A stretch of DNA of 64,000 nt from Myxococcales bacterium (GCA_047601445.1 JASGJH010000001.1:2880001-2944000), one strand, 5' to 3'. Counted from the stretch's first letter, positions 22,116 to 32,594 are shown. The notes: a model not told the origin generated them from the sequence alone. A program made the numbers and translations.

Positions 22116-22715
22116 ATGTCAGCGCAGATCGATTTCTATTTCGACTTCCTCAGTCCGTACTCCTATCTCGCGAGCATGGTCCTGCCACGCCTCGCGGCCG
22201 AGCACGGTGCCAGCATCAGCTACCGACCTTTCCGTCTCCGCGAGCTGATGGGCATCGTCGGGAATCGCCCGACTACCCTCGAGTGCAAGAACAAGGGGGT
22301 CTACGTGATGGCGGACCTGCAGCGCTGGGCGAAGAGTTATCAGGTGCAGTTCAGCCCCAACCCGGACTGGGCGAAGATTGATTTTGTCGAGCTCGGCCGT
22401 GGAGCCCTGGTCGCCATCGATGCCGGTCGAGGCGCAGCGTACGTCCATGCCGTCTTCGCCGCGCTCTGGAGCGAACCGCGGGATCTCAGCATGCGGTCGG
22501 TGCTCAGGAGCACGCTGGATGAGGCTGGCTTCCAGAGCGCAGACCTACTCGATCGGGCAGGGTCGCCGGAGTACGTGGCCAAGCTCGACAGCCTCACGAG
22601 CGCAGCTGCCGAGCGGGGTCTGTTCGGATCGCCCACGATGTTCATCGGCGACGAGATGTTCTTTGGCAACGATCGCCTCGAGTTCCTGGCCCAGGCTCTT
22701 CGCTCCGCTGCTTGA
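22116..22715 (+). CDS. 2-hydroxychromene-2-carboxylate isomerase / DsbA-kappa-GST family protein
   Basis: IDFYFDFLSPYSY, RGLFGSPTM, FFGNDRL; GGAGG before ATG 22116. Confidence 0.9.
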   Translation: MSAQIDFYFDFLSPYSYLASMVLPRLAAEHGASISYRPFRLRELMGIVGNRPTTLECKNKGVYVMADLQRWAKSYQVQFSPNPDWAKIDFVELGRGALVAIDAGRGAAYVHAVFAALWSEPRDLSMRSVLRSTLDEAGFQSADLLDRAGSPEYVAKLDSLTSAAAERGLFGSPTMFIGDEMFFGNDRLEFLAQALRSAA

Positions 22716-22797
22716 AAGCTCATGGGCACCGCCGCGAAGCGGCTGCCTGCCGGCGCTCTCTTGGCAGGCGCAACCTGGGCCTGCGGCCCCCATTGTG

Positions 22798-23946
22798 TCA
22801 GCGCTTGTTCGAAGGCCTGGCCGCGGAGGACGCGGAGCTCTGCTGGGCCGACGACCGGCCGCGCTGTTGGCCGCCTCGACGCCGGCTACCGTATTTCGCC
22901 TGCCTCGAGGAGGCCTGGGTTGCGTCGGAACTGCCATCGCGGCCGCGGCCACCTTTCTGTGGCGGTGGGCGGTTGGCTGCCTCGAGCATGCGTGCGGCGA
23001 CCTGCGCTTCGCGCTTTTGGGCGTACTTGGAGAGCGGCCGCGCTGCGTTCTCCGCATTCGCCAGCCCGGACGAGCTCTGCGTCGGATCCGACGCCCCGCG
23101 CATGCTGAGCCCCAGACGCTCGCGTCGACGGCGCTCGTCGCGGTTGGCATCGCCGATCAGGCCGAGCACCGAATCCGTGCTGACCTTGCGCTCCTCGGGC
23201 CGATAGCGCCCCACCAACTTCGTGTCTGGAGTGAGCTCGCCGCGCTCGTACAGGGCCCACATCTCCTGGGCATACGGCAAGGGCCGGTAGTCGGGCGTGA
23301 AGCGTGCGAGGAAATTGTGCAGGTTGTCCACGTCACGCCGCAGGATCTTGCGCGCGTTTTGATTGCTCGACGCATCGATCGCCTGCGGAAAGTCGATGAT
23401 CACCGGTCCGTCGAGGCCCATCAGCACGTTGAAGTCCGATAGGTCCCCGTGCACCACGCCCGCCGCGAGCATGCGCACCACCTCGGCGAGCATGTGATCG
23501 AACACCTGCTGGGCGCCTTCGCGGTCGAGCACCACGTCGCCAAGCCGCGGTGCCGGCTCATCGCCGTCCAGGCTGACCAACTCCATCACCAGCACCCCGT
23601 CGACGAAATGGTACGGGGTGGGCACACGGACTCCCGCGTCGCGCAGGCGATAGATGGTGTCGACTTCGGTGGTCCGCCAGGCGGCCTCTTCCCGGGCGCG
23701 CCCATGGCGTGAGCCCTTGTCCATCGCTCGCTGGTCCCGGCTGTTGCGCACCTTGCGGCCTTCGACGTAGTCCGCCCGGTTCTTGAAGGTGCGCTTCTGC
23801 GCATCCTTGTAGACCTTCGCGACGCGAAGCTCGCCGCTGGAGCGCACCAGATAGACCTGGGCCTCCTTGCCGCTCATGAGCGGGCGCAAGACCTCCTCGA
23901 TGATCCCGTAATCCATCAATGAGAAGAGCGTGTCTGGCGTACGCAT
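22798..23946 (-). CDS. RIO1-like atypical protein kinase with long disordered C-tail
   Basis: LMSGKEAQVY, AKVYK, VHGDLSDFNVL, IIDFPQA. Confidence 0.92.
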   Translation of the reverse strand: MRTPDTLFSLMDYGIIEEVLRPLMSGKEAQVYLVRSSGELRVAKVYKDAQKRTFKNRADYVEGRKVRNSRDQRAMDKGSRHGRAREEAAWRTTEVDTIYRLRDAGVRVPTPYHFVDGVLVMELVSLDGDEPAPRLGDVVLDREGAQQVFDHMLAEVVRMLAAGVVHGDLSDFNVLMGLDGPVIIDFPQAIDASSNQNARKILRRDVDNLHNFLARFTPDYRPLPYAQEMWALYERGELTPDTKLVGRYRPEERKVSTDSVLGLIGDANRDERRRRERLGLSMRGASDPTQSSSGLANAENAARPLSKYAQKREAQVAARMLEAANRPPPQKGGRGRDGSSDATQASSRQAKYGSRRRGGQQRGRSSAQQSSASSAARPSNKR

Positions 23947-24285
23947 CGAGCGATGTGCTTTTGCCAGATACGCAGACCGGGTTCAAACGGAAGGCTGCAG
24001 TGCTCGCGCACAGCCTGTCTCGGTGCTTGCCCGCCCGCGTGCTGGACGGCTAACCGCCGCGCCTCGCCAAGTCTGACCATCGTAGACCGGCAAGCGGATT
24101 GTCATCCGGGTCACAAGGCACTGCCCCGCACTCTCGGAGGCGCCGTGATCAGTTCGCCGCGCCGAGGCGCTTCGACCGACGCCGGCGCCGGAACGCCAGG
24201 GAGGTCAACGTGCCCAGGGCAAGCACGAGTCAAAGAACTGGGCTCGTGAGCGCCAGCCCTCTCGCTGCCCCCCGGTCCTTGCGGT

Positions 24286-24858
24286 CTAGAAGCGCACGAT
24301 CGGACCCAAGCCCACGGTCACCTCATAAGCCAGGCTGCCCGCACCGGAGAGGAGCGAGAAGCCGACGTCGAGATCGAAGCCGAACTTCGGGTGAGCCCAG
24401 AAGTAGCTGCCGGCCACGAGCTGGCCACCTCCGCGCAAGTGCGGTCGCTCGAGTCCGTACAAGAGAACCGGGCCCGCACCAAGGTAGGGATTGACCGTCT
24501 CCGTCACGTCGAATGAAAACTTGAGCAAAGGTTCGAAGGCCACCTGACCCGCACTCTCCTTCGGATCGACACCAACCACGCCCAACTCCAGTTCGAGAAA
24601 GTGCTGAATCAGGGAGCACTCGAAGAATGCCCCCAGGCCGCCGCCACGCTCGATCTGCTCATCGGCGCGTTCGGATACGTAGAGACCCTTGAGCCCGAGG
24701 ATCCAGCGCGACTCCTCGGTATGCGGACTGCGCAGGCCGCGCGGCTTCTCGGCATGGGCAACGGGAATGGCCAGGCTGAATCCGAGCATCGTCCAGAGCG
24801 CGAGCGTCCCACGGTTCGGCACCTTCGCAGGTTGCTCGCACGTCTGCCTGAGCGACAT
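24286..24858 (-). CDS. Small outer-membrane beta-barrel protein
   Basis: Signal peptide ending AHA, alternating beta-strands, PYLGAG, C-terminal Phe. Confidence 0.75.
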   Translation of the reverse strand: MSLRQTCEQPAKVPNRGTLALWTMLGFSLAIPVAHAEKPRGLRSPHTEESRWILGLKGLYVSERADEQIERGGGLGAFFECSLIQHFLELELGVVGVDPKESAGQVAFEPLLKFSFDVTETVNPYLGAGPVLLYGLERPHLRGGGQLVAGSYFWAHPKFGFDLDVGFSLLSGAGSLAYEVTVGLGPIVRF

Positions 24859-24994
24859 GTGATCGTCATCCTGACCAGGCCCTGGCATTTCGCAAGCGGC
24901 CGTGAGATCCCCGGGTCACCCCTGGAACTCCCGAGGGCGCCCAGCAAATCTGCGCCTTTTCCTTGAGATTTGCGGCTTTTCCGACGCTTTGCAC

Positions 24995-25010
24995 GGGCAT
25001 GAGCATTGCT
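24995..25010 (+). promoter_or_regulatory. Putative sigma54 (-24/-12) promoter of the sulfatase gene
   Basis: GGGCATGAGCATTGCT: GG-N10-GC with TTGCT. An inverted repeat GCAAATCT-N14-AGATTTGC lies at 24944-24973. Confidence 0.55.
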
Positions 25011-25023
25011 CAAGGGCCGCGCA

Positions 25024-26817
25024 ATGACAAAAACGCCGAATCGGATTGGATCCCTGGTCTGCCTCTGGGCTGCCCTCCTCGCTCCCGCCTGCGTCGACCC
25101 GAGTCCTGCACTAGAAGACGATGAAATTGATGAGCTCGAGCCGGAAGGTTCCGCTGCGTCGGCAGCTGCCCAAGCATCGGTGGCCGCGCCGGCCGCCGAC
25201 CAAGCCCCTGTCGTGCAAGGCAACACGTCGCCCTTGGCGGCCAGTCGACCCAATGTGTTGGTGATCCTGCTCGATGACCTCGGATACTCCGACTTCGGTA
25301 CCTACGGTGGCGAGGTCCGCACACCGAGCATCGATAGCCTCGCGCAGGCTGGCATCCGCTTCCGCGACTTCTACGTGACCCCGCGCTGCAGCCCTACACG
25401 AGCCTCATTGCTCACGGGACAATACACGCAGCAGGTGGTGACCGCGCCCGGCGATTCGCTGCCGCCCTTGCGCACCGACAACAACACGACCATCGCTGAG
25501 ACGCTGTCCTCGGCTGGCTACCGCACCTACCTGGCGGGGAAATGGCACCTCGGCACGACCGATGCGCAGGCTCCGCGCGCACGCGGCTTCGATCACGCGT
25601 TCGGCATTGGCGCCAAGGCGGCGGGGGCAGGCGCATTCAAGTGGGACAAGACCCTGTACGGCTTCCTCTCCAAGAACAACGAGATCCCGGCGCACACCTA
25701 CGGCGATGAGCCCAAAGCGTTCTATCAGTCCACCGCCATTGGCGACTACGCCCTGGACTTCCTGGCCCACCATCAAGCCAAGAATGATGGCGCGCCCTTC
25801 TACATGTATCTGGCGTTCAACGCGCCACACTTTCCGATCCAGGCTGACAGCGCCCTGGTGGATCGTGTACCCGCGGGCGGCCAGTCGTACGTGCAGATCT
25901 ACAACAAGGGCTGGAACCAGGCGCGCACGGACCGCTACCAGCGCATGCTCGATCAGGGCGTGATCGACTCCACGTTCGCCCTCTCCCCGCGCGAGCCCTT
26001 CAACGACCCGGTGCAGACCATTCCGAACTGGGGCACGCTCTCGGCGGCACAGAAGGCCGACCTTGTGCGCAAGCAAGCGCTCTACGCTGCCTCCGTGGAA
26101 GCCGTGGACACGGCGATCGGCCGCGTCGTCGCCCGCCTCAAGGCCACCGGGCAGTTCGACAACACGTTGATTCTCGTTCAGTCGGACAATGGCGGCAACT
26201 ACGAGGGCGGCGTGCTTGGCCAGGCCTTCGGTAGCGCGACTCCCGTCACGGGCGACAAGCTGGCCAACCTGGGACAGCCCAAGACCGGCGACGACGTCAG
26301 GGTCGGCGGTGGCTGGGCCAACGTGCAGAACACGCCTTTCCGCCTGTTCAAGCACTACACCCATGGCGGCGGCGTCCGCTCGCCGCTGGTGGTCTCGTGG
26401 CCGGCCAAGATTGCTGCACCCGGCGCATGGACCAATCAGGTCGCTCACGTGATCGACGTGGTACCCACTATCCTCGAGGCTGCCGGAGTCCAGCACCCGA
26501 CGACGTTCAACGGCCATGCTGTGCTTCCGCTCGAGGGCCGCTCCTTTGTGTCGTCCCTGGTCAATCCCACGACCACCCAGCCGCGCCAGCTCGGCTTCGA
26601 GCACGAGTCCAATCGCGCCTGGATCGACGGCAACTTCAAGCTCGTCGTGCGCCACCAGAACAACGACCAACTGGAGCTCTACAACTTGGCCAGCGACCCG
26701 ACGGAGCTCAACAACCTCGCGGCCGCGCAGCCGACTCGTACGTCCAACCTGGTAAGCGCGTGGAACGCCTGGGCCACGCGGGTTGGCGTGCCTGCCGCTC
26801 GCTTGCTCCCGCAATAA
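25024..26817 (+). CDS. Exported Cys-type arylsulfatase
   Basis: PNVLVILLDDLGYSD, CSPTRASLLTG, GKWHLG, SDNG; signal/lipobox-like APAC. Confidence 0.93.
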   Translation: MTKTPNRIGSLVCLWAALLAPACVDPSPALEDDEIDELEPEGSAASAAAQASVAAPAADQAPVVQGNTSPLAASRPNVLVILLDDLGYSDFGTYGGEVRTPSIDSLAQAGIRFRDFYVTPRCSPTRASLLTGQYTQQVVTAPGDSLPPLRTDNNTTIAETLSSAGYRTYLAGKWHLGTTDAQAPRARGFDHAFGIGAKAAGAGAFKWDKTLYGFLSKNNEIPAHTYGDEPKAFYQSTAIGDYALDFLAHHQAKNDGAPFYMYLAFNAPHFPIQADSALVDRVPAGGQSYVQIYNKGWNQARTDRYQRMLDQGVIDSTFALSPREPFNDPVQTIPNWGTLSAAQKADLVRKQALYAASVEAVDTAIGRVVARLKATGQFDNTLILVQSDNGGNYEGGVLGQAFGSATPVTGDKLANLGQPKTGDDVRVGGGWANVQNTPFRLFKHYTHGGGVRSPLVVSWPAKIAAPGAWTNQVAHVIDVVPTILEAAGVQHPTTFNGHAVLPLEGRSFVSSLVNPTTTQPRQLGFEHESNRAWIDGNFKLVVRHQNNDQLELYNLASDPTELNNLAAAQPTRTSNLVSAWNAWATRVGVPAARLLPQ

Positions 26818-26862
26818 CAGCCTACCCACGCTCGCTCGTCGCTGGCCCGCGGCGCGCACGCA

Positions 26863-28041
26863 CTAGGAAAGCGGGATCGAAACCACGAACGTGGTGCCAG
26901 CGTCTCGCGACGATTCCACCCTGACGTCTCCACCGTGGGCCCGGGCAATCTGCCGAACGATGTAGAGCCCGAGGCCCACGCTCCGGCTGCCGACCGTACT
27001 CTCCTGAGCGCCTCGGCGGAGTGCCTCGAAGATGTGCGGAAGGAGCTCCGACGGGATCGGCTCGCCCTGATTGTGCACGCATAGCGTGAGCACCGGCGCG
27101 GGCTGCGAGGCGATGCCCGAGCGGATGACAATGGGTCCGACGGTGGAGCCGTAGTTGAGCGCGTTGTTGACGAGGTTCGTGACGATTTGCGCGAGCCGGT
27201 CGGGATCGGCGTTCGCCTCGCTCGGCCCGTCGTGAGTGTACTGCAGCGCTCGACCCGGCCACGCGAGCTTGAGTTCGTCGATGCTCTCTCGGATGGTGGC
27301 GGGCACCTCGAACGTGCGGCGGGTGACCCGCAGGCCTCCGCCCACCTGCGCTTGCGTGAAATCGAGCAGGTCCTCGATCAAGCGACTCGCGCGGTTGGCC
27401 GAGTTCGCGATGCGACTGGCGACTCGAGCCTGTACGCCCGAGACGCCGCTCGCGTGAAGCGCCGCCGCGTTGAGGACGATGGCGTTGAGCGGGCTGCGCA
27501 GGTCGTGGCTCACGATCCCCACGAGCTGCTCCGCCAGGATGGCCCGCTGCTGCGCCTCCTCTCCGCGCTCGCGCAGGACCCGGGCCAGCTCCTCCTTCGC
27601 AGCGCGTTCGCTCTCGAGCAGCTCTTCGGCCCGCTTGCGCGCCAGCAAGAGCTCACGCTCGTAGAGCCTTCTGTCGTCGAGCAAGAACACAGCCACGTCA
27701 TCGCGCACGACCCCGTGCTGGCTCCGCCGCGCGGCGTTGACGAGCACCGGCAGGGCGCGGCCACCGGCGTGCACCATCTCCAGCTGCACCTCGACGACCG
27801 CCCCCTGCATCTGCAGCAGCGGCATCCAGTGCGTCTGATGAAAGATCTTGCCGCCGACCGTGAGCAGGTCCTGCATGCGCCTGCGCGCGATCAGCTCCTC
27901 ACGTGTGAACCCGAGCCATTCACAGAACGTGCGGTTGACGTCTACGATGGCACCGTTCGACTCGGTGGATAGAAGCCCGCATGCCGCGTTCTCATAGAGC
28001 TCGCGTCCCAAGCCAAAACGACTCTCGTACGGCTCCGCCAC
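26863..28041 (-). CDS. PAS-domain sensor histidine kinase (RsbP-like PAS)
   Basis: PAS with IFHQTHWMPLL; VSHDLRSPL, NLVNNA, GLGLYIV. Confidence 0.9.
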   Translation of the reverse strand: MAEPYESRFGLGRELYENAACGLLSTESNGAIVDVNRTFCEWLGFTREELIARRRMQDLLTVGGKIFHQTHWMPLLQMQGAVVEVQLEMVHAGGRALPVLVNAARRSQHGVVRDDVAVFLLDDRRLYERELLLARKRAEELLESERAAKEELARVLRERGEEAQQRAILAEQLVGIVSHDLRSPLNAIVLNAAALHASGVSGVQARVASRIANSANRASRLIEDLLDFTQAQVGGGLRVTRRTFEVPATIRESIDELKLAWPGRALQYTHDGPSEANADPDRLAQIVTNLVNNALNYGSTVGPIVIRSGIASQPAPVLTLCVHNQGEPIPSELLPHIFEALRRGAQESTVGSRSVGLGLYIVRQIARAHGGDVRVESSRDAGTTFVVSIPLS

Positions 28042-28050
28042 CGAGCCGCC

Positions 28051-28839
28051 CTAGAGGAACTCGCGCATGGCGGCCGCGATGGAAGCCGGCGCGCTCAGGT
28101 GCGGGCAATGGCCGATGTTCTGGATGATCTTCAGGGTGCTGTCGGGCATCGCACGATGCATGTAGTGGCCGACTTGAATGGGCGCGATGATGTCGTCCGA
28201 GCACTGGAGGAGCAGGGAGCGCGTCTTCAACTTGGGTAGGTCCGCGCGGTTGTCCGAGAGGAAGGTCACGTGCGCAAAGTGTTTGGCGATCTCCGGATCC
28301 GTCGCGCAGAAGCTGTTGGTGAGCTCCTGGCCGAGCTGCGGTTGATCGGGCGCCCCCATGATTGAAGGGGCCATCGAGCTGGCCCAGCCGAGATAGTTCG
28401 AATCGAGCGTGTCGAGCAAGGCGTCGATATCGGCACGACTGAACCCGCCCACGTAGTCCCCTTCGTTTACGTAGCAGGGCGACGGGCCGATCATGACGTG
28501 TGCCGAGAAACGACCAGGCGCCGCGATCCCCGCCAACAGACCGATCATCGCGCTCACCGAGTGCCCGACGAATACGACAGGGCCACAGTCCAGCTCGTCG
28601 AGGATCTCCAATACGTCGTAGGCGTGCCCTCGCAGCGAGCCATACTTCTGGCGATCGTACGCGCTCAAGTCCGACTTCCCACAACCGACCAAATCGAACA
28701 GGATCATGCGGTAGCGATCCGCGAACTCAGGGAGCAGCAAGCGCCACATGTTCTGGTCGCATCCATAACCGTGGGCGAACACCATCGGCTGCTTCCCGAC
28801 GCCAAGCACTTGCACGTGGTTGCGACGCTGCGCGGACAC
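28051..28839 (-). CDS. rsbQ: RsbQ/KAI2-like alpha/beta hydrolase
   Basis: AHGYGCDQNMW, GHSVS, PSPCY, GHCPHLSAP; GGAGG before GTG 28839. Confidence 0.88.
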   Translation of the reverse strand: MSAQRRNHVQVLGVGKQPMVFAHGYGCDQNMWRLLLPEFADRYRMILFDLVGCGKSDLSAYDRQKYGSLRGHAYDVLEILDELDCGPVVFVGHSVSAMIGLLAGIAAPGRFSAHVMIGPSPCYVNEGDYVGGFSRADIDALLDTLDSNYLGWASSMAPSIMGAPDQPQLGQELTNSFCATDPEIAKHFAHVTFLSDNRADLPKLKTRSLLLQCSDDIIAPIQVGHYMHRAMPDSTLKIIQNIGHCPHLSAPASIAAAMREFL

Positions 28840-28978
28840 CGGCCCTTCCTCCGAGTGGCTGCCGATCATCATCGTGAAAGCTGTCGCTCTTCGTGGCAAG
28901 GCGTCGCGCCGACCGAGAAGCAAGGCTCAGATGTGCCTTCTGAGGCAGGTCTGTTCGGCGACGTTCCGTCTGCAGCGA

Positions 28979-30016
28979 CTAGAGATGCTTCGTGAACCAG
29001 GCGGCGATCTCCTCTGGCGCCACGTCGAGCCATTGATGGCTGGCGTTCGGATCTTCCACGAACTTCGTCTCGAAGCCCTCGGCCTTCAGCTCTGCCTCGT
29101 AGGCGCGAGCCGTGTCGATCCCGACGGTCACATCCGCTCCACCGTGCAGGAACATGGTTGGAGGGTGATCCTTGGGTAGCGGCTTGGGGATCGAGCACAC
29201 GGGCCCGAGGCATGTGGCATAGGAACCAGACTGAATGGCCAGCGCTCTGAACTTGCCGGGATAGGAGACGGCCATTCGACTCGTCATGTAGCCTCCGCTG
29301 GAGATTCCCGTCGCGAACACGCGGCTCATGTCGACGGGACCGAAGACGCCAGCCTCGAGCTTCTCCAAGATGCCCTTGATGAACCCGTAGTCCGGGGTGC
29401 CCTCGAAATCGGCGCCAGAGTTGGTCGTCCATGCGAGTCCTGCCAACGCCTCGGGTTGCAGCACCACGAATCCCTGGTCCAGAAGCTTGGCGACCAAGGC
29501 AACTTGGAAGTAGCCGCCAAAAGGAGTCAGCGTCGTGAGGTCGACGCCCCACGTCACGGTGGGGCCGAAGAAAGAGCCCTGGTAGAGGATGACTGCCGGA
29601 TAGCCTCCGGGTGGCGCGTTCCTCACAGGCTTTGCCCAGAACACGCTGCGGTCAGTCACGCTGACCACGGGCTGCGAGTCGCAGCGCGCCGCGTCGGGCG
29701 TGACGGTGCAGGCTCCTCTTCCACTGGCCACCATGGCATCTGGGGCATGTGGAGACATGCCGCCATCGGTCAATGGAAACTCGTCCGTGTCTCCGCCCCC
29801 GCCGTCGTTGTCGCCTTCTGCGCCGCGAACGTCGCCGTCGCCTTCGTCGTCGCCATCACCGACGGTTGCCGGGTCTTGCTCTCGGCCGTTGCCAGCGTCC
29901 GTGCTTTCCCAGGGGCCTGGTCGACGCGTGTCGCCTCCGGCTTCCTCAGCGCACGCTGCGGCGGAGAGTCCGAGGCACAAGATGACCCAGATCTTTCGAT
30001 AAGAGGAGCAAAGCAT
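28979..30016 (-). CDS. phaZ: Lipoprotein, extracellular mcl-PHA depolymerase-like (paralogue 1)
   Basis: Lipobox AAAC, acidic linker, ATGISSGGYMTSRMAVSYPG, HPPTMFLHGGAD, SHQW. Confidence 0.75.
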   Translation of the reverse strand: MLCSSYRKIWVILCLGLSAAACAEEAGGDTRRPGPWESTDAGNGREQDPATVGDGDDEGDGDVRGAEGDNDGGGGDTDEFPLTDGGMSPHAPDAMVASGRGACTVTPDAARCDSQPVVSVTDRSVFWAKPVRNAPPGGYPAVILYQGSFFGPTVTWGVDLTTLTPFGGYFQVALVAKLLDQGFVVLQPEALAGLAWTTNSGADFEGTPDYGFIKGILEKLEAGVFGPVDMSRVFATGISSGGYMTSRMAVSYPGKFRALAIQSGSYATCLGPVCSIPKPLPKDHPPTMFLHGGADVTVGIDTARAYEAELKAEGFETKFVEDPNASHQWLDVAPEEIAAWFTKHL

Positions 30017-30093
30017 AAAGGTACCTTTCAATAGGGTGCTGTTCAGGGATCGGACAACGGGAGATCGTTTGGCGGCCGCAACGGCGCGTCGGA

Positions 30094-31362
30094 CTAGGGC
30101 CCGAAAACCGGTTCGAGGGTGCCTTTCAGGTCGGCGGCGAGTTCGTCGCCACCCATGCCGAGCGCGCCTTCAATCGCCACGAACGCGGCGTAGCCACGCG
30201 GCTCATCGATCCAGGCCGCTGCTCCGTACATCCCTGGATCGAGGACCAGACCAGGCTGATCACGGCTCACCCACCATCCCATGCCGTACCCCGGAAAGAG
30301 GTCGTTCCCGGTCTCGCCGCCATACACTTCACCGATGCGATCTTCCCGCATCCGCTTCACTGCCGTCGGCGAGAGCACCTGCGCACGACCGCAGCGGCCG
30401 TCTCTCAAGTGCATGAGCAGGATCTTTCCGTAGTCACCCACTGTGACGTAAGCGCCGCCTTCGATGCTCGGATTCTTGGTGGTTGTCAGCGCGCTGATAT
30501 CGCCCTTGAAGAAGCCGGGATAGGCGATGACTCCGATCCCCAAGCCCTCGACGAACGACTGACCGAACTGGTTCTGGTATCCGAGAGACTCGGCTCCGCA
30601 GGGATCGACGTAGGTTTCTTCGACCAGGGTCCCCCACGACTTGCCGCTCACTTGTTCGGCGATACCTCCCGCGAGTTGCCACGCGCCACCACCGTAATGG
30701 AAAGCAGTGTCGGGATCGTCACGGTCCGCGACGTCGTTCGCAGCGTAGATTTCCTTGGCGCAGTCAGTCAGGGAAGAACCCACGAACTGGCACAGATAGG
30801 GGCCATAGAGCGGGTTATCCATCAGCCCTGTGAGCCCAGAGCTCATCGAGAGCAACTGCGCGACGGTGAGGCTCTCTTTGTTGCCCTGCCAATCCGTCAG
30901 GTAGTTGCGGAGCGGGCGGTCGAGGTCGATGAGGCCTTGGTCAGCGAGCCGAAGCAGGATTCCGACGCTCAAGATCTTGCTGCTGGACGCGATCAAGTAG
31001 AGTCGGTCCCGGTCGTACTCTCCATAGCCACGCGTATGGACCGCGCCGAAGTCGCGATGCACGACGACGGCGCTGGCACCGCGCAGGGAGTTGGCCTTCA
31101 GGAAGGCGTCGACCTGCTCGTCGAACGCGGTGAAATCGAAGGCAGGCACCTCCAAACCTGCGTCAGGCTCGGCTGGCGCAGGAACGTCGGCCCCTTCGGG
31201 AGGCGAAGCTGCCTCAGGCGTCTCTTCGGCGTCTGGGCCGCCAGCGTCGTCTGCAGCGCCTACTGGTTCGATCTCCATGGGCCGTGGGGCAGGCGACGCC
31301 TCGGGAGCGCAGGCAGACGCCGCGAGCCAAATCGGTGCAAAAAGACGGCTGAATCTGGGCAT
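30094..31362 (-). CDS. Beta-lactamase-fold serine hydrolase (family VIII esterase-like) lipoprotein
   Basis: ASAC lipobox, IASSSK (SxxK), LLSMSSGL, FHYGG, YGMGWW. Confidence 0.85.
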   Translation of the reverse strand: MPRFSRLFAPIWLAASACAPEASPAPRPMEIEPVGAADDAGGPDAEETPEAASPPEGADVPAPAEPDAGLEVPAFDFTAFDEQVDAFLKANSLRGASAVVVHRDFGAVHTRGYGEYDRDRLYLIASSSKILSVGILLRLADQGLIDLDRPLRNYLTDWQGNKESLTVAQLLSMSSGLTGLMDNPLYGPYLCQFVGSSLTDCAKEIYAANDVADRDDPDTAFHYGGGAWQLAGGIAEQVSGKSWGTLVEETYVDPCGAESLGYQNQFGQSFVEGLGIGVIAYPGFFKGDISALTTTKNPSIEGGAYVTVGDYGKILLMHLRDGRCGRAQVLSPTAVKRMREDRIGEVYGGETGNDLFPGYGMGWWVSRDQPGLVLDPGMYGAAAWIDEPRGYAAFVAIEGALGMGGDELAADLKGTLEPVFGP

Positions 31363-31506
31363 GGTTTCCGCTTTCTCCGGAAGGGGAACCAGGACACCTT
31401 CACCCTGAAAAGGGCCGCCGTTCTTGACCGGCGGTGCCAATTCAGCGCGCTGCGTTGGCCGCGGGAGGGGAGTCCCGTTCGACCCGAGCTGCTTGGCGGT
31501 CAGCGC

Positions 31507-32556
31507 TCAGGTGCGCCGCTCGGCCCGTACCTGCCTGGGGGTCTTGCCGAACCAGCGGCGGAAGGCCCGGTTGAACGCGCTCTGCTCCGAGAAGCCGAGC
31601 AAGAGGGCCACGTCCACGAGCGACAGGTTGGGGGTCGCGATGAGATCGCTGGCCATCCGCCGACGAGTCGCATCGATGAGATCGCGATAGGTGAGGCCAT
31701 GCAACTCCAACCGACGCTGGAGCGTGCGAACCGACTGCCCCAGCGCGGCGGCCGTGCGATCGACGCTCGGAGGGCCCTCGCTCAAGTTCTGTGCGATGTG
31801 CTTTTGACAGCGTTGCAGCTCTGCGTCGTGGGGCGCAAAGAGGGCGTCGATGGACGCCATTCGCTCACGCGCTGCACACTCGAGGATCTCGCGTTGCCAG
31901 CAGTCGACGCTGCCAAGGACCACCTCGTCCAGCCCCGCGGGAAAGCAAGCGCGCAGCTCCGCCTGACGGTACGTGACATTCGGACCAAACACGCGGCACT
32001 GCTCTTCGGTGATCGCTGGTTCCGCGAACGGAAACTCGAAGCGAAGGGCACGAAAGTTCGGGCCGGCCAGCTTCCGCGCAAGCGTCATTTGCGCTGCCAG
32101 TGTGTACTCGACCGTATGGCGGGAGACATCACTGCGGGCCAGGTCGAACTTCAAGATCACACGGCTGGGATCCGGGAGTCGCGTGGAGCGCAGGCCGTTT
32201 CCGATGAGCGCTTGATGGCGTACCTGCAGGGCAAGGAGATCGCCGGCGGTTCGGCAAGTCAGCGCGAGTTCGCCGACGATCCCGAAGGCTCGAACGTCCA
32301 GCTCTTCCCCGGCGTGAAGGCCGACATCGGGGTCGCCCAGCACGAGCGCCGCGGCGAGGAACGCTTCGTCCTGTCGTGCGTGCGGCACGAGCGCATCGCG
32401 ATCGAGCAGGTCCGTCTCGACTGCGCCCAAGGCGGAGAGTACCGGCGCGACGTTCCCGCCTTGCCTTCGTACGTAGTCTACGAGACCGCGCAGGTAGTGA
32501 AGCGATACGTAGAGTCGACTGGGTTGCTGCTTGCCCTTCCCTTTCGCCGGAGGCAT
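31507..32556 (-). CDS. AraC-family regulator with OruR-like N-terminal ligand domain
   Basis: SVRTLQRRL, VALLLGFSEQSAFNRAFRRWFGKTP. The track ORF 5' part overlaps the upstream gene. Confidence 0.9.
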   Translation of the reverse strand: MPPAKGKGKQQPSRLYVSLHYLRGLVDYVRRQGGNVAPVLSALGAVETDLLDRDALVPHARQDEAFLAAALVLGDPDVGLHAGEELDVRAFGIVGELALTCRTAGDLLALQVRHQALIGNGLRSTRLPDPSRVILKFDLARSDVSRHTVEYTLAAQMTLARKLAGPNFRALRFEFPFAEPAITEEQCRVFGPNVTYRQAELRACFPAGLDEVVLGSVDCWQREILECAARERMASIDALFAPHDAELQRCQKHIAQNLSEGPPSVDRTAAALGQSVRTLQRRLELHGLTYRDLIDATRRRMASDLIATPNLSLVDVALLLGFSEQSAFNRAFRRWFGKTPRQVRAERRT

Positions 32557-32594
32557 GAGCGCCCACGGGCGTCCGCGCGCTTCCGCGCGCCGTC

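Noticed and set aside
30094..31362. Beta-lactam resistance gene
   Set aside because: Has SxxK but no class C YxN or KTG motif; better read as an esterase-like serine hydrolase.
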